A stretch of DNA of 63,995 bases, the filler included, from Lenisia limosa (taxonomy: Eukaryota; Protista; Breviatea), in the NCBI GenBank assembly GCA_001655205.1. It is 11 parts of 11 records of this genome, joined end to end, with 100 filler letters (N's around TTAATTAATTAA, not from the genome) between each part and the next. Parts side by side here need not be neighbours in the genome. Positions count along the whole stretch, not along the records: positions 22,929 to 37,625 come from LPNZ01001608.1; positions 37,726 to 39,386 come from LPNZ01004889.1; positions 39,487 to 42,132 come from LPNZ01006603.1; 8 more parts are not named here. The stretch is one strand, 5' to 3'. Shown piece by piece: positions 26,701 to 39,759 of this stretch (its first letter is position 1; each line of letters starts with the position of its first letter). The notes under the pieces were generated by a model, which was not told the DNA's origin, searched no databases, and was given only the letters and a program-made list of their open reading frames with translations. The translations under genes were made by a program, and so were the position numbers.

Positions 26701-28480
26701 ATATGTAGCTATATGATACTAAATAAAGTGGAATTTGACCCCAATGTTGAATTTGACCAATCACTGAGATTTAGCCCAGATAGTGAAAACTGAAAAAAAT
26801 TATGGAAGAGATGTGTATGGTTTAAGCGAAGCGCATTGACAAGTGTAAGATAAAACGTTGATCGGGTCTTGTGAAGTGAAGTACCACTTGAGTAAAAACT
26901 ATATTTTTTTTTGGGGAGAATCCATGCTTCCCTCTATTTAACATCTATGCATTTGGCTTTCCTGAATTCATGATCACAGCTGTAAAGCCCCAATACCTCC
27001 TCGCATGGCAGCCTCCCATTCCTCCGGTGAGATGCCTAAGTCATCTGAAACGTAAGATGTTGAGTGAAGTTACCGCTCACCTTCATCATCCTGGAGAATC
27101 AACTCTCCAACTGCCTGATTTTTTGGAGGTTGACTTGATGCTGAAACTTCTTCATTGGATTTGGGGGTCTGTTGCTGCTCATGCTGGGGCTCTAATTTTA
27201 AAATGACGAGCATGATGCGGGATACTAACCATGACCGCCAATCTGAAGACTGCTCATTTCGTCAACCATTGTACCAAGACGATGTCGCCACCCGTCTGCT
27301 TCTGAATTCGTTGGAAACAGAACAATAAAGAAAAATGTCTCCTTAGAGGGTTGATGTTAACCATTATTCCCATTTTTGACAATACCCCCCCCCCCAATAT
27401 GCTATGTATAATCCCCCTACCAAAAACAGAATCCGGGAGATAAGGCGTCTTGGTGTCGCTTGACAACTTGTTCTAAAGGATTAAAGAAGACTACGAACAT
27501 ACCTCCTGCACCTTTTGCGCCACTTCTGGGTCACGTGGCGCTGTTGGTGGCGGTTGGAGCCGAGGCTGGTGGAGAAGTTGCTAATGAGTTAGTAAAAAAA
27601 AGAGAAATTGAAGTCTTCAACCCTCACTTTGTGCATTAGTTCGGACGATCGGTACATTTGGCCCAAGTGTCCCATATCTAATGTGTCAGTATTTGAACCA
27701 ATGTGTCAGTATTTGAACCCCATGACGTCACTAGCATTTCCTCTTACGTGCCACATCTTGGTAGTTGATTTGGGGGCTCGCATGGCTTGACTATAAAATG
27801 TCAAAAAATCCCTCTTTGCAGAAAGCCCTTGAGAAAGAATTGATAGAGTTGCCCCTCACAGTTGACAGGGGGGCAGTAGCCTGAGGTAAAGAAGGGTTGT
27901 GAATTGGACCATCGAACGCGGGTGGTCTTCGGATACGGTTTAATGGGTCTTCTGAGTGAGGCTTTGCAAAACACTTTGAACAAAAAGACTCTCAAAGTTA
28001 AATTACCGGCCAATATGGCATATAAATAAGACAACTTGCGTCACGATTCCCTATCATTTGTACTGAATCTACTGAATACACAATCCATACAGACTGACAA
28101 AAGGTTTTTTTCATACCAAGATAAACATCGTCTGAACGAGGAAGCAGGAACCCTGTTGGTAGCTGTGGATTTTGACTTTGGTTCTACTCAAATGAAATGG
28201 AGGGCAGCAGGGGGGAGACAAGGAAGACAGAAAACTTAAATATTACCTCTCTAAATGCTGTTGATAGTTCAAATGCAGCCAATAATGGAGCGGCGGGAGC
28301 TGACGCTGGGCAGCAAGCGCTTGACATAAGCGGCATTGACTCTCTAAAGCACTTGAAAAGGGCTCTACCTGGTCAATTACTATTCACTGCTATTATAAAC
28401 CTAAAACGTTGAACAAACATCTCATTTTCGCATTCCTTCTCGAATTTACGAAAAACAAATTCAAAGTACGGTCGCACAGT
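23750..28480 (-). CDS. Tetratricopeptide-repeat protein, multi-exon; ends approximate and may be more than one gene
   Basis: TPR-like exons: IHHALGSAFSDARHYSDALPHFSVAIELSPR (~24633-24750), LGKILILMKRPLIALDCFSIAAKLKPS (~24858-24940), ASEALISAAQTRPNRPDP, IVEAVKYAPSTLHAMEALRYKAYIL. Confidence 0.55.
24246..24345. mobile_element. hAT-type MITE family A (~75-100 bp, ~20 copies in window)
   Basis: TIR consensus TAGGGCTTCACTTCGGTTCGAAAAAAGAC / GTCTTTTTTCGAACCGAAGTGAAGCCCTA. 8-bp flanks GTTCCAGC (24238-24245) and GTTCCAAC (24346-24353) match at 7/8. Confidence 0.85.
26019..26114. mobile_element. hAT-type MITE family A, TAGGGCTTCCCTACGG subtype
   Basis: Inverted ends TAGGGCTTCCCTGCGG...CCGTAGGGAAGCCCTA; 8-bp flanks AACATTAC / AACATTAT. 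Same subtype at ~40353-40440, 21851-21936, ~24980-25070. Confidence 0.85.
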
Positions 28481-28939
28481 TTGCATCTATTTTGCTCCAC
28501 TGATTGCCACTGAGCGCAGAACTGTTTAATTGTGTTTGTCGGTTTATCGGTTTTGTTTTGTATTTTAGTTAATTTGTTCATCTTGGGAGAAAAAGTTGGC
28601 GATTCGCACCCCACCAGTCCTGCAGCTACCAAGGTCCTCTTTCCTCAGAAGTCGACCCAATTGGAACTTGAGCTAAATATTTGTGGAGCAAATACATCAC
28701 AAAAACCATACTTGTTTGGGGGAAATGGAATCTTTATTTTCAGTAAACATTTGTTTGTTACATTCACACTATTTTGACTATTCAGTTCTTGATCTAACCA
28801 ACAAATCACCTTTTAAAAATAGTTTTGAACTTTTTTTATGTAATAAAATGGTGTTGTGTTTGTTGATGCAGTTTTTGGATGTGTTGTCAGTCTAATCTGC
28901 ACATGGCAAATCTTGTTGTACCCGCTTACCATCTAGAAT

Positions 28940-30235
28940 ATGGGGGATAAGCCCAAAGACCCGGAGCTTAAAGAAGAATGTTCAATACTTTTCCATCAAG
29001 ATGAACAATCTTGTGATTTCAAAGACACCAAGATTCCATCTGCGCTTTCGGATGAAAAGATGGGACCTTCTGAGCCCTGTCCACAACCTGGTTAGTTGAC
29101 TTGCATTCCTAATTGCTTGGATTGGGTTTTGCTTTTTACAATTTATCAGAAGCAAAGCCAAGGGTAGTTATCACAAAGGTCCAGAGGCAAACGATGATGT
29201 CAAAAAACCAAGGCAAAGATGTGAGTATAAATACATGATATCTGGGGAGGCACGCAGAAAGCTGTGTGCAGAGTTGTAAGGCAAATGATTGTGTGAATTA
29301 ATACTATACTATAATCCAATGTCTCTTATAAGCGTGATGGTGTGAACGGCTTCGGTCAAATACAACCTTAATTTTTATTTCTCATTGATTTGATGAAATA
29401 GTAATGGCTTTCAAAATTCTGTTTTTTTTGGTAATTCTGGGTTTTTTCTTGTTTATGTTTTGTATTATTATGGAGTCGAAAGCTGGCATTTCCTAACAAT
29501 TTTAGGTATTTATTCGAATGGACCATCTTTTTAGGTCGTGTATGTATGCAATGGGCCAAGGACAGGTGGACTTGGCTCGGAGTTACTCTCGAACTTTGAG
29601 GCAAATCTCAACTCACAATCAGCTTCGACTGTACGAAGTAATTCTTTTTGCAAAAAAATATTAAGTGCTCATGATGATATTCGGAGTTGATATGATCTTG
29701 ACAGCGTAGATCAGCAGAAATGAAACGAAGCCTCTGTCGGGTTTGCCACACTCCACTCTTGCCTGGTGTGTCGTCGAAAGTCCGAGTCTCACGTGAGCTT
29801 GTGTATGTATGTTTTATAATAATGCCAAGGGCGATTTTATATGTGAAATGTAAGTGGGTGTCAACGCTGAGTATAGTCTATGATAGTTATCCAAATAAAA
29901 CCCTGTATTCATTAGTAATTTGGGAAATACTCTGGGAAATATTCTTCATTGTACAGCGATTTGTCTTGTGGAATTTGACTTGTTTGTTGGACAAACAAAT
30001 CTGTTACTATTTTGTCCTCAAGCTCATTTATTTCAGGAAAGTCAGGTCTCCATTCAGTTGTCACTTGTCTTGCTTGTGGCAATTTTAAGCGGTTTGAGGG
30101 AGTCTTTCTTACTACAGCCATTGGTGTTTGATTAACTTTTGAAGGTACCCCCATCGAGAAAACCGGCCCCCCAAGCGAAAGCCTGGAAACCATGGTAGCG
30201 AAATGGAAGAGTTTCCTCTTCACCCCCCACAATGA
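28940..30235 (+). CDS. RPP21: RNase P subunit Rpp21/Rpr2
   Basis: Spliced: RMDHLF..., LARSYSRTLRQIS...LRL, MKRSLCRVCHTPLLPGVSSKVR, VVTCLACGNFKR (two CxxC zinc-ribbon motifs). ATG at 28940, TGA at 30233-30235. Confidence 0.85.
29228..29390 (+). repeat. Family D asymmetric ~160-bp interspersed repeat with two hairpins (>=12 copies)
   Basis: Consensus CTGGGGAGGCACGCAGAAAGCTGTGTGCAGAGTTGTAAGGCAAATGATTGGGTGAATTAAT...CTCTTATAAGCGTGATGGTGTGGACGGCTTCGGCCAGATACAACCTTATTTTT. Copies near 21332, 33380(-), 41980(-), 44015, 46785, 51725, 54635, 55375, 61745(-), 61920(-). Confidence 0.8.
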
Positions 30236-30489
30236 AGAGTAAGTCCACTGAACCTTACTTGACAGTCCTTCCACGTTGAAACTCATGTTCAAGGTTGAGC
30301 CCCTCTCTAATATCTCTCATCGTGACATCCAACTTCAAGTCGAACAGTTAGCTTCGTGATCCCATTAAGTACGGTATTTCTTTTGGTTTATAATATCAAA
30401 CCTTCCGTCCTTTCACAAAAAGTGAAAACCAAGTTACAGAGGGAAAGAAATCTGAATTCAGCACACACACATGATACACAGCAAAATGT

Positions 30490-31907
30490 CACACTACCTT
30501 AGAAATTACCACACACTGGCGTTGCAGAGGTTGTGGGGCTGAGACGCCACCTTTTGGAGGTTCGGAGCCTTGAAGCCGACCTGGGGCTCCACTGGCACTT
30601 CTTCCACGTTCTAAATGGTCACAATCAGACAACCAAGAGAGGGCAAAAGATCAAAGCGATCATAGGTATACCGAGGCCTACCATCCCAGAACCGTTTGGC
30701 ATGAAGCCGTCGTCCATGGGGGCGTTGATAGAAGACATCTCCAGGTCCAGGAGGGAGGGCGCGGATGGCGAAGAGGGGAGGGTGTGGCGAGGCTGAGTGT
30801 GGTGGCTCGCTGCAGGCATAGCCAGAGCGTTGGCTTGAGCGGAGCGGAAAAGTTGTGGCATGATCTCACGAAGCTAAAAGATGAGTCATCTTCTTCATCC
30901 CAACAAGTCCATGAACAAGAGCCTACTCTGTGGGGGGTGTTGATGTGGTGGTCAATGAGAGGGAATTCTTGGTTCTGTGGGTAGCGACCGTTACCAATGA
31001 GGACAGTACCGCCGAAATAGGCATTTTTGGCAGCCTATAGAGTCAGCAGGTGACAAGCACATCAAAAGGCACAGGAAAAGAAGTGCGGAAGGCATGGGCT
31101 CTGGACTCACCTGGAGGTTGGCAACCATGTCGTCAAGGAACACTGCACGCCAGGGCGCATGGTGGATGCCTGCCATATACAAAGCAAACTGATACACCTT
31201 AGAGGTGAGCTGGGCTTGAGGATACAGATATCATGATCAGAACTCGGACAATTACCCTTCAAAATCACCATACTGGCAGGTTCAAAGTCAAATTATTTAT
31301 TTCTTCTTTATTCAAGACAGGAAGAGAGAGAAAGAAGGCCGTATGAACAGATCATCGGGTTCATGTTCCAGAACAAACCGTGGGGGTAGGCTTCATGTGT
31401 CCTTCCATCAGGGTGACATCAATGATGCACTTGAAAGTATCAGGCGGAATGGCCAAGCGTCTCAGGATATCAAGAGCCCATGTGCTAGAGGCCGATTAGA
31501 TCAAATTATCCAAAGAATATGTCGAATTAAGTAAAAATGAGAGTGCTCACATGGTTGCATTGGTGAAAAGGTACATATGAGTACCGGCAGCAGCAAGGTC
31601 ATTGAGCATTTGCATCAATTCGGCATCAGGCTTGATGTTTTCTACTTGGTTGCACTAGAAATAGAGATTAGATGCGGGGAAAAATGTGAACAGCTCGGAT
31701 GAACTTGAAGTAACTTACAGGAAGAGGGTAGAGGCAGTAGTCAAGGTCAAAAAAGACAACATGTTCGGAAGGAGAAGCTTCAATTCTGGCTTTGCGAGGG
31801 TAGAGTGTTGAGCCAGCAACTGGTGGAATGTTCATCATGACCTTCCATGGTCTTAAAACAGGTGCACTCTGCACTTTGCGGGTTTTGTTGATGGAGAATT
31901 GTCCCAT
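30490..31907 (-). CDS. HAD-superfamily pyrimidine 5'-nucleotidase (SDT1-like); stop position approximate
   Basis: All four HAD motifs in order across exons: VFFDLDYCLYP, YLFTNA, DICILKP, AVFLDDMVANLQ; then LREIMPQLF. Confidence 0.8.
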
Positions 31908-32381
31908 TGTTGGTAAATAGAAAAGTTAGACACGGGTCAAGAACGAAGTGTTTCAAACAAAGCCGCCGGCAAGGCAGGCAAACACAAAAAAATAGAGGTT
32001 AAGAAAGGTGGGTGCGGAAAGAGGCCTTAAAATTTGTTTAAAAAAAATTGAAAAAGCTGACTGCGCGACCGGAGTTTCTATCCCGAAATCCCATGGGGAA
32101 GTATACCAGGGACCGTCCGGAGTGCAGAGAATCGGTTTTTATGATCGTTTGGTTGTGTACTAACGGATTAACAACTATGTGGTGTTGAGTAAGCGATTGC
32201 CGGGTGATTATGTGATTGTAAATTGTATGTGCAATGTGCACAATGGAAAGTGAACATATCACAAATGAAAAAGGAATTTTCAGAAATAGAACTAAGAATC
32301 TCCAATCCAAACATGCATTGGCGCATAAGAAACAACAAATCGTAGGGGCAAAAAAATAGTAATCTAAGAACGATGGGGTTT

Positions 32382-35300
32382 TCAGTCAAGTTTAATCTGA
32401 GCAGTAAGGGGCATTCGGAAGTGGCTGTAACAAACCTCTTCCTCGTCATCGTTCAAGGCCAAAGCGGACAAGAGGGACGTTTTATCCTGGCTGCCAACTT
32501 GCAACCGTCTTTGTTCTCGTTCCCACGCATCAAGATCATTATTCGAGGCTGCTGGCTCCGAAATGGCTAAATTCAATGAATAAACATTCGTTTCGAGAAA
32601 TATGAAGGAAAAGTACTCCCTTTCTCACCTTCTTCGTTATCAGTTTTTCCGGTTCTATGTTGAACGTTTGTCCACCTAAAGCGATGAATTGTGCAACAAA
32701 AACTGAAAGTCATCGAGCTCAACCTACGTTCTCCCAGTGACAACTTGTTCGTCATCTTCTGAATTGTCGGTGTCATCAAGATTGCCAAGCTCTTCAGAGA
32801 AGGCATATCTAGTTTGTTAGAAAACGGCAATAGCTATCAACACAACTTCAACTGTTTGTACCCCTTCCCCGTACTGTCTTGAGTTCTTTGATGGGCGCCA
32901 AAGGACCAAAATGGATGATAATATTACCATAAAGAGGACATGCCAATAGGCTGTGTACATCCAAACGCCCTCCCAAGCCTCATCAGGATCCGTTGACACC
33001 AACATCATCCTAAAGAATCAAATAAGACCGTCTAGTAATCCGCGTAGACTGAATCTGCAGGTTACTCACATTTGATAGAGAGCAAAGAAGAAAGAGCCAA
33101 GAACCGCGACAATAAGGACAATAGCGAAGTTACGGTAGATGGCAAGCTTTTTCACCTTGAAAGTTAAAAAAGCAATCTCGGCGTTGGAAGAACTCAGTTA
33201 AATCACTCCAAACCTGTTGGCGGATCTTCAATTGACTGATGGTGCGGTGGAGGGAATGGAAAATGAGCCAAAACAAGAGACCATCAATGCAAGAGAGTGG
33301 AAGAACGAGGAGAAGCATTACAAAGCGGGACACTTCAGTGGTGGTCTGGAATTGTCAAAACGGCCACAATGAAAAAACGTTCCAGAATACTCCATATAGA
33401 AATGAGAAATAAAAACAAGGTTGTCTCTGGCCGAAGCCGCACACCATCACGCTTATAAAAGATATAAGTATAATATACAACTGTACACATAGCTTTCTGC
33501 TTGCCTCCCCAGCATACTCTAATAATTACAATGAAACCATCAAACCAAACCCAAAACAGTCATATCACCGAGCCTACCCGAACATGGTCAGCCAAGTTGA
33601 AGAGAAGAGCAAAAGCGAAGTACAACACACCGAAGATGTAGACCACGGCACCATCACTGCCAAGGGTAGGCCTACGCAATATCAGAATCAAACCACTTGG
33701 TATCGTTGCGGTACAGATCTTACATCCACTCACTTGACAATTCCATATCCCATGGAAACAGAAACAACCAAAATACGAGCTACGGCACTTTTGATGGTCA
33801 AAAACAGAATACCCAATGCGACAGCAGTCAGTGATCTAGAGATCGTGAAAACGAAGGTGTGGGGAGCAAAAACCCTGTAAGCTTGAGATCAGAATTATTG
33901 ATGATATCTTCGGAAGGAAGCCCAATTACCTGTAACCTGTGTTGTTGTAGTAAGCCAAGTCAAGATACTTGATGATCATTTCCATTAAGGCCAGTGCAAC
34001 CACAAGGGTGATGTAGTTCTAAAAGGTCATTTGAGAACCAAAAAATGTCATTCCTCTGAGTTTTTTAGTTACATTCCTTATCATGTTTTTTTGCAACAAC
34101 TCACCTGAAGGCGCATCAGCTCACGGTGATGAAGACACTTCATGACTGCCCACCAGACAAGAAGGCAGAAAAGATACAAGCTAGCCATACCATAGAACTG
34201 AAACAATAAGAAAAAAAATCAAATAATAACAAGTGCTCGAATACTATTTTAAAAGGGGTTTTATCCGCCGTAAGCCGTTATCTCGCTTTAGGAAAGTGGA
34301 TAAGAATAGTAAATGAATAGCATACCGGAAGAAGGTTATACAGTTCTCCTGGGAGATACCCGAAGGGGTTGAGCCAAACAGACTGTCCGTTCACAGTTAC
34401 GACACCATCAGCTACACAGTGAGATATTTCTCCATGTAAGATAGTCAATAAGTACAATTCTCTGGATTTCATCTCGCCAAAGTTCGCACCCCCCCCCCCT
34501 CAAACAGTAAGTGACATCAAGGCAGTTGATGGCATACATGTAATAACGTCCCGTCTCTGTGATACTCATTTTCTAAGAACGTGATCCATTGACCATTTAT
34601 TATTGCAACAATGGAAAGATAATGAAAAGAGCAGGTAAAGACTTCATCAATAGATAACCTAATTGCCCCCCTTCTATGTTATTGTAGACGTGGACTTTTT
34701 TTATGCATTTTTTTGCCACAAAATAAAGTGGTTTTGCCCAACCAGGCTAATTGGAAGAGAACGGTCCTTTGGGGGCTGTTCCTTGTTGAAGAAGGAGGAG
34801 TCCATACTGTACAATGACGTATCAGCCTAATGTGTGAGACAACATTCAGTCCATCAACAGGTATAGTATTAATACGGTCAATAAATAAATGCAATACCCC
34901 CCCCCCTCCCCTTAAACAAAATTCAAAACAATAAGTTATGAGTTCAATTGAATGGGAATGTTATCCAGAAAAAGATACAAGGTCAGAAATTGCATCATAC
35001 TGAGACAATTGCTTCGCCAAGTCTTGAGTTTCCACACACGCCTTGGGCCATCAACTGGTTTGTGCAACATACTTGCTGCTGACAAGGTGTTAGCAAACAG
35101 CACAACATTGGCAACAAAAAGCGGGGGGAAACCTCTCAGTCCTGCATACTTTACCATCACTAAGAACACCAATCTTTGGACGGGCTTTGTGATGGGCAAT
35201 CACGACCGATACGGCTCCATTTGCACTTGCCTCAGAGGCAGTGACGTTTGCTGTAAAGTAAGCAGGGGGTGAACTCTAGATCGTATAAGCCCTATAGTCA

Positions 35301-35566
35301 ACATTTTCTCACCTTCAAAGGTAATATAGGAGTTTCCATTGCCAGGTGCAGACTTGGATGGGGCTTGCTCAGGGGAATACATTCCACCCCACCAAATACC
35401 AATATTTGACGCTTCCCACTATAATTATTAGACACAGCAATAAAAAGAGGTTCTTAAAAGCAACAATTATTTCTCCCAAGCAAACAGTTTCATCATTGAA
35501 GTCGTGGATTGCTCCGAATGTCAGGGAAATTAGAGTTAATAACAATAATAAATTGATTTTCATCAT
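32382..35566 (-). CDS. TMEM87: TMEM87/PTM1 (GOST/lung seven-TM family) membrane protein
   Basis: Signal peptide MMKINLLLLLTLISLTFGAIH; LSCIDGLLFWLIFHSLHRTISQLKIRQQVKKLAIYRNF; WMYTAYWHVLFMVILSSILVLWRPSKNSRQY; acidic tail ending KLD*. Confidence 0.85.
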
Positions 35567-35910
35567 TGCACACAATCTCAGACCCATCCTAAGCGTATTT
35601 TATAATTTGGTGAAACACCAATCTCACTTAAAATCTGTCTCCACCTTACTATAACAGAACTACAAACCCAAAGGTAGAAAAATACAGTTTTAAATAGGAT
35701 TTTGAAGTTTTTTAAAAAAATTGGGGTTTGCTGTATATTTTACAAGGGGTGTTTTATAACTTTCCTTTAAAATTGTTTTTATGCCTTTTTTCGGCCTGTT
35801 GCATTGAATTACTTCAATAGTGTTACGTGTCACAGGTAGAAGGGACAACAGTAGACAAAAACCCCCATTATTCTTTTTTAATTTTGTGATCATTCTAGAC
35901 TTCTCCAAGA

Positions 35911-37625
35911 ATGTTTTCTGCTGTTCGCTCAGTTTCACGCCTAGCGGCGTCAGCCACACAAAATGTGGCCAAAAGCATGGCTCCACCTATTTCTCGTGGA
36001 ATTAAGCAAGTTTCGATGTGGTCCATGGAAGAGGAAGGTAAATGGGAGTAAAATAGGGCGAAGAGGAGGATTTCAGATCTTCCTCCCAGCCGTTTTCGTT
36101 TGATTTCTCATACAGTTTGATTATGTCCCTGCCTTCTCCTTCATGAATGTGTCTAATGAAGTGAATACGCCCATGTAACATGCTTTTCGTATTTTGATCC
36201 TTTTCAGAACACACTTTCAAGGACCCTTCTGAGATCATTCGCATGGATGAGATCAAGTATTGGCTCAAGGAGACCAAAACTGCTGCCAAAGTAAGGAATT
36301 TGTTGATTTCTATTCAGTCCTCTTGCTCTATTGCTTACTTTTTCAGTCTTCCACTCGTATTAAGGAGATTCTTGAGTCTGCTGTCCAGCATGCTTGCCTT
36401 GAACATGCTCAAACCCCTATGGATGCCTCTGAGTGAGCTCTCCTTTTGTTTATTCTTCAATGTTGTCAACTATAGAGCCCTTCTTTCGTTCTTTTTACTT
36501 TATTTGTTGCTGTTGTTACCTTTAATAACCTCTTGCACAACATATCTGTTGAGACAAACATACCTCACATTCTAGGTATGTGAATGGCCTGACTTATGAG
36601 GAAACTGCGACTCTCCTCAACGCTGATGTGAATGACCTCGAGCTTATGGATCAGCTTTACGCTACCGGTATGGTGCTGTTCCTTTTTTGCTTTGCTATCT
36701 CATCGTCAACTTGTCCGTTCTCATCTTTCAGCCTTTAAGATCAAGGAGCGCATCTATGGAAACCGCATTGTTCTCTTTGCTCCCCTCTACATTGCCAACC
36801 ACTGTGTCAACGGCTGTACCTACTGCGGCTTCAAGTAGGTGCACTTCTCTGAGGACTCTTAATGCATTTCTGGCTACTTTTCTTTGGCATTTTTAACGAA
36901 TATAGNNNNNNNNNNNNNNNNNNNNNNNNNNNNNNNNNNNNNNNNNNNNNNNNNNNNNNNNNNNNNNNNNNNNNNNNNNNNNNNNNNNNNNNNNNNNNNN
37001 NNNNNNNNNNNNNNNNNNNNNNNNNNNNNNNNNNNNNNNNNNNNNNNNNNNNNNNNNNNNNNNNNNNNNNNNNNNNNNNNNNNNNNNNNNNNNNNNNNNN
37101 NNNNNNNNNNNNNNNNNNNNNNNNNNNNNNNNNNNNNNCCTTGATGCCCTCAAGTCTGCTACTCCATTTTCCTGGATTATGAATAGTACTTCACTTCGGT
37201 TAATTTCCGAGGATTTATCGAGAAATTCAGTCTTTTTTTCTAACCAAGTGAAGCCCTAATTATGAGTGTTCCTTCCACCCTGGCCTGACCCTCTAGGCTA
37301 ACGTCAGAAATTGAGACTGAGCCTTTTGGCAAAATCCGTCGTGTCAACGTTGAGATTCCTCGTAGGTCCCTGTTTCTCTTTTTTGTAGTATTATTTGTTT
37401 CACTTCTCTCGGCTCACATTTCAGCCCTTTCTGTTTCGGATTTCCGTCGCCTCAAAGACATGAACCATGTCGGCACCTACACCGTGTTCCAGGAAACCTA
37501 CGACCCCGAGCTCTACTCAAAGGTTTGAAAGCAGCTGCTTCGAAAAACCTGTCATTTGGAGCCCTGTTTACCATTGCAGTATCATCCTTCCGGCCCCAAG
37601 GCAGACTACGGATGGCGCCTCCAAG
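35911..37625 (+). CDS. HYDG: [FeFe]-hydrogenase maturase HydG (radical SAM) with N-terminal mitochondrial-type presequence; 3'-truncated
   Basis: YVNGLTYEETATLLNADVNDLELMDQLYATAFKIKERIYGNRIVLFAPLYIANHCVNGCTYCGF (CxxxCxxC), GKIRRVNVEIPPLSVSDFRRLK, VGTYTVFQETY, HPSGPKADY. At least 8 visible spliceosomal introns. Exon 1 reads MFSAVRSVSRLAASATQNVAKSMAPPISRGIKQVSMW. Confidence 0.93.
37184..37258. mobile_element. hAT-type MITE family A, internally deleted copy inside a HydG intron
   Basis: TAG..CTTCACTTCGGT ... AACCAAGTGAAGCCCTA with 8-bp flanks ATTATGAA / ATTATGAG. Confidence 0.8.
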
Positions 37626-37725
37626 NNNNNNNNNNNNNNNNNNNNNNNNNNNNNNNNNNNNNNNNNNNNTTAATTAATTAANNNNNNNNNNNNNNNNNNN
37701 NNNNNNNNNNNNNNNNNNNNNNNNN

Positions 37726-39386
37726 GTTTGAGCCGTCGCAGGTACCTAAAGTCGAGGAAAACGCGGAAGTGGCCTGGAACAAGGCTGGTGTAGAGACCCA
37801 GTATCGCAAGTTCTCAACCCGGCCTGCTATTCACGCTGTCGAGGCTCCCCGAGAAAAGCAGTCGGCACATCCCAAAACTCAGTCCAGTTCTCAGTCCAGT
37901 TCAGAGTCCCGATCATCAGCACATGACAGTTCCGCCCTCCGGGACGTGTCGTATTCGAGATCCGTCTCTCGAGATCGTGACTTCAGAGAGTCAAGCCAGA
38001 GTCGTGAGAACTCCCGGGAGAGGGATACGCGGAGCCTTGAACGTCCACGGTCACGCAGTATTGAAGACGGCCGAAGGAAGGAACCGAAGAGACCTGTCTC
38101 GCCGTATCGAGTGGGAATGGTGTCAAGTTTTCAACTTAAAATGACCTTGTTTATTTGTATGTGTATGTGTGTGTGTTTTTGGGGGGTGGATGTGAATGGT
38201 TTAGTTGCTCAAGTAACTTTGTCATCTTCATTAGTTACGTCTCTCAGTAATCCTTTTGGAAACCTTTGAGTTTTTGATGTTGTTGGACCTTTTTGGACAC
38301 ATTTTAAACGCCTTTTTTTTTTTTGAATTTTGATACATTTTTGAACACTTGTTTCAACATCTGTCATTTCAACTGGCTTGGACTATAACACTTCAGCCTG
38401 TCGAGCGCCCTAGTTCGGCCAAACGTGCACGATCCTCTGATCGGGACCCTCGGGACAGGTGAGGGGAGGTGTTCTTCAAAGGTAACATTTTTAAGGACAG
38501 TATATTCTGTGTGGGGGCTTATTTTGTCCAAAATATGGCAAAAAAGCAATATTCAAGATCAGTAGAAGTTCCATTTTTCCATACGTACCGCCATACTTTC
38601 GCCTTCTCTCTCCTGCTTTCTACAAGATTCCTGATTATGTAGTGATGGTCATTCCAAACCTCAACGTCAAGATTCAAAGGTCAGAATGGTAGTCATTTGT
38701 TTTCAAAGGCAGATTGGGGATATCATTTGTTGTGAAGTGTACGGCTGGAGATGCACTTTTCTAATTTCACAATTTTCTATTATTGAGAGAATTTGTATGA
38801 AACTATTCAGCTCTTTTAACAGTGACTCAATTATTATAATAAATGGCAGTGTTGTATGACGTTCCAACTTATTCAGGCTCACTGATATTCAATAACATTC
38901 AATATTACCACTAAATTAAAGCTACAACCTTGTTTATTTCCCATTGCTATATCCTACAATTTAGGATAATATGATATTCCCACTTACTCCAATGATTCCA
39001 CCCACCCCCCCACGTTTTCAGCTCTTATAGTATGTGAGAAATACATCATAAGGTTGTATCTGGCCGANNNNNNNNNNNNNNNNNNNNNNNNNNNNNNNNN
39101 NNNNNNNNNNNNNNNNNNNNNNNNNNNNNNNNNNNNNNNNNNNNNNTTTCTTCCAACAGAACTTGAGTGTAAAATAACAACTTTGTGACAATTCCAACGT
39201 ACCCGAAACTCCAGTACAAAATTGCCTTCTCACTCCCTCATCATAGCATGACTGGACGACTTTTGTGTATTTTCTTTAGCTGTGAAGCTCAATGTGCTTG
39301 AGTACCCACTTCTTGTTACTACCGTACTTCCCACTTACCCCCCCCCCTCTAGTCCTCCGCCGGCATGGGTCGAGGCAAGGGCGGCG
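37726..39386 (+). CDS. Ser/Arg-rich (RS-like) protein fragment
   Basis: Exon ...SRSVSRDRDFRESSQSRENSRERDTRSLERPRSRS...PVSPYR, then PVERPSSAKRARSSDRDPRD and GMGRGKGG. Confidence 0.5.
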
Positions 39387-39759
39387 NNNNNNNNNNNNNN
39401 NNNNNNNNNNNNNNNNNNNNNNNNNNNNNNTTAATTAATTAANNNNNNNNNNNNNNNNNNNNNNNNNNNNNNNNNNNNNNNNNNNNTAAAGAGTTAATGG
39501 AGATGTTTTGATAAAGAGTTAATAGAGATCTCATGATGAGACCTTATACTAGAGAGATAAAGCGAATTCGTGCACCCAGGTAGTCTTTTATAAATACTCC
39601 AAACATGGTAGCTAGTGTGAGGGGAGGGAAAAGACTTTCCGCGGGTACTGTTTTTGTAAAAAGGTTATATTACCTCGAATATCTTTTTTAAAAAAGAACA
39701 ACCAATTTCAAACCTCACAACCAAGATTTACCCCACCTCTCTAAATAAGCAGTTCACAA

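Noticed and set aside
35911-37625. Annotation as ThiH, or as bacterial contamination
   Set aside because: The motifs are HydG-type (YGNRIVLFAPLY, IRRVNV), and the gene has spliceosomal introns, a host MITE and a eukaryotic neighbour on the same contig.
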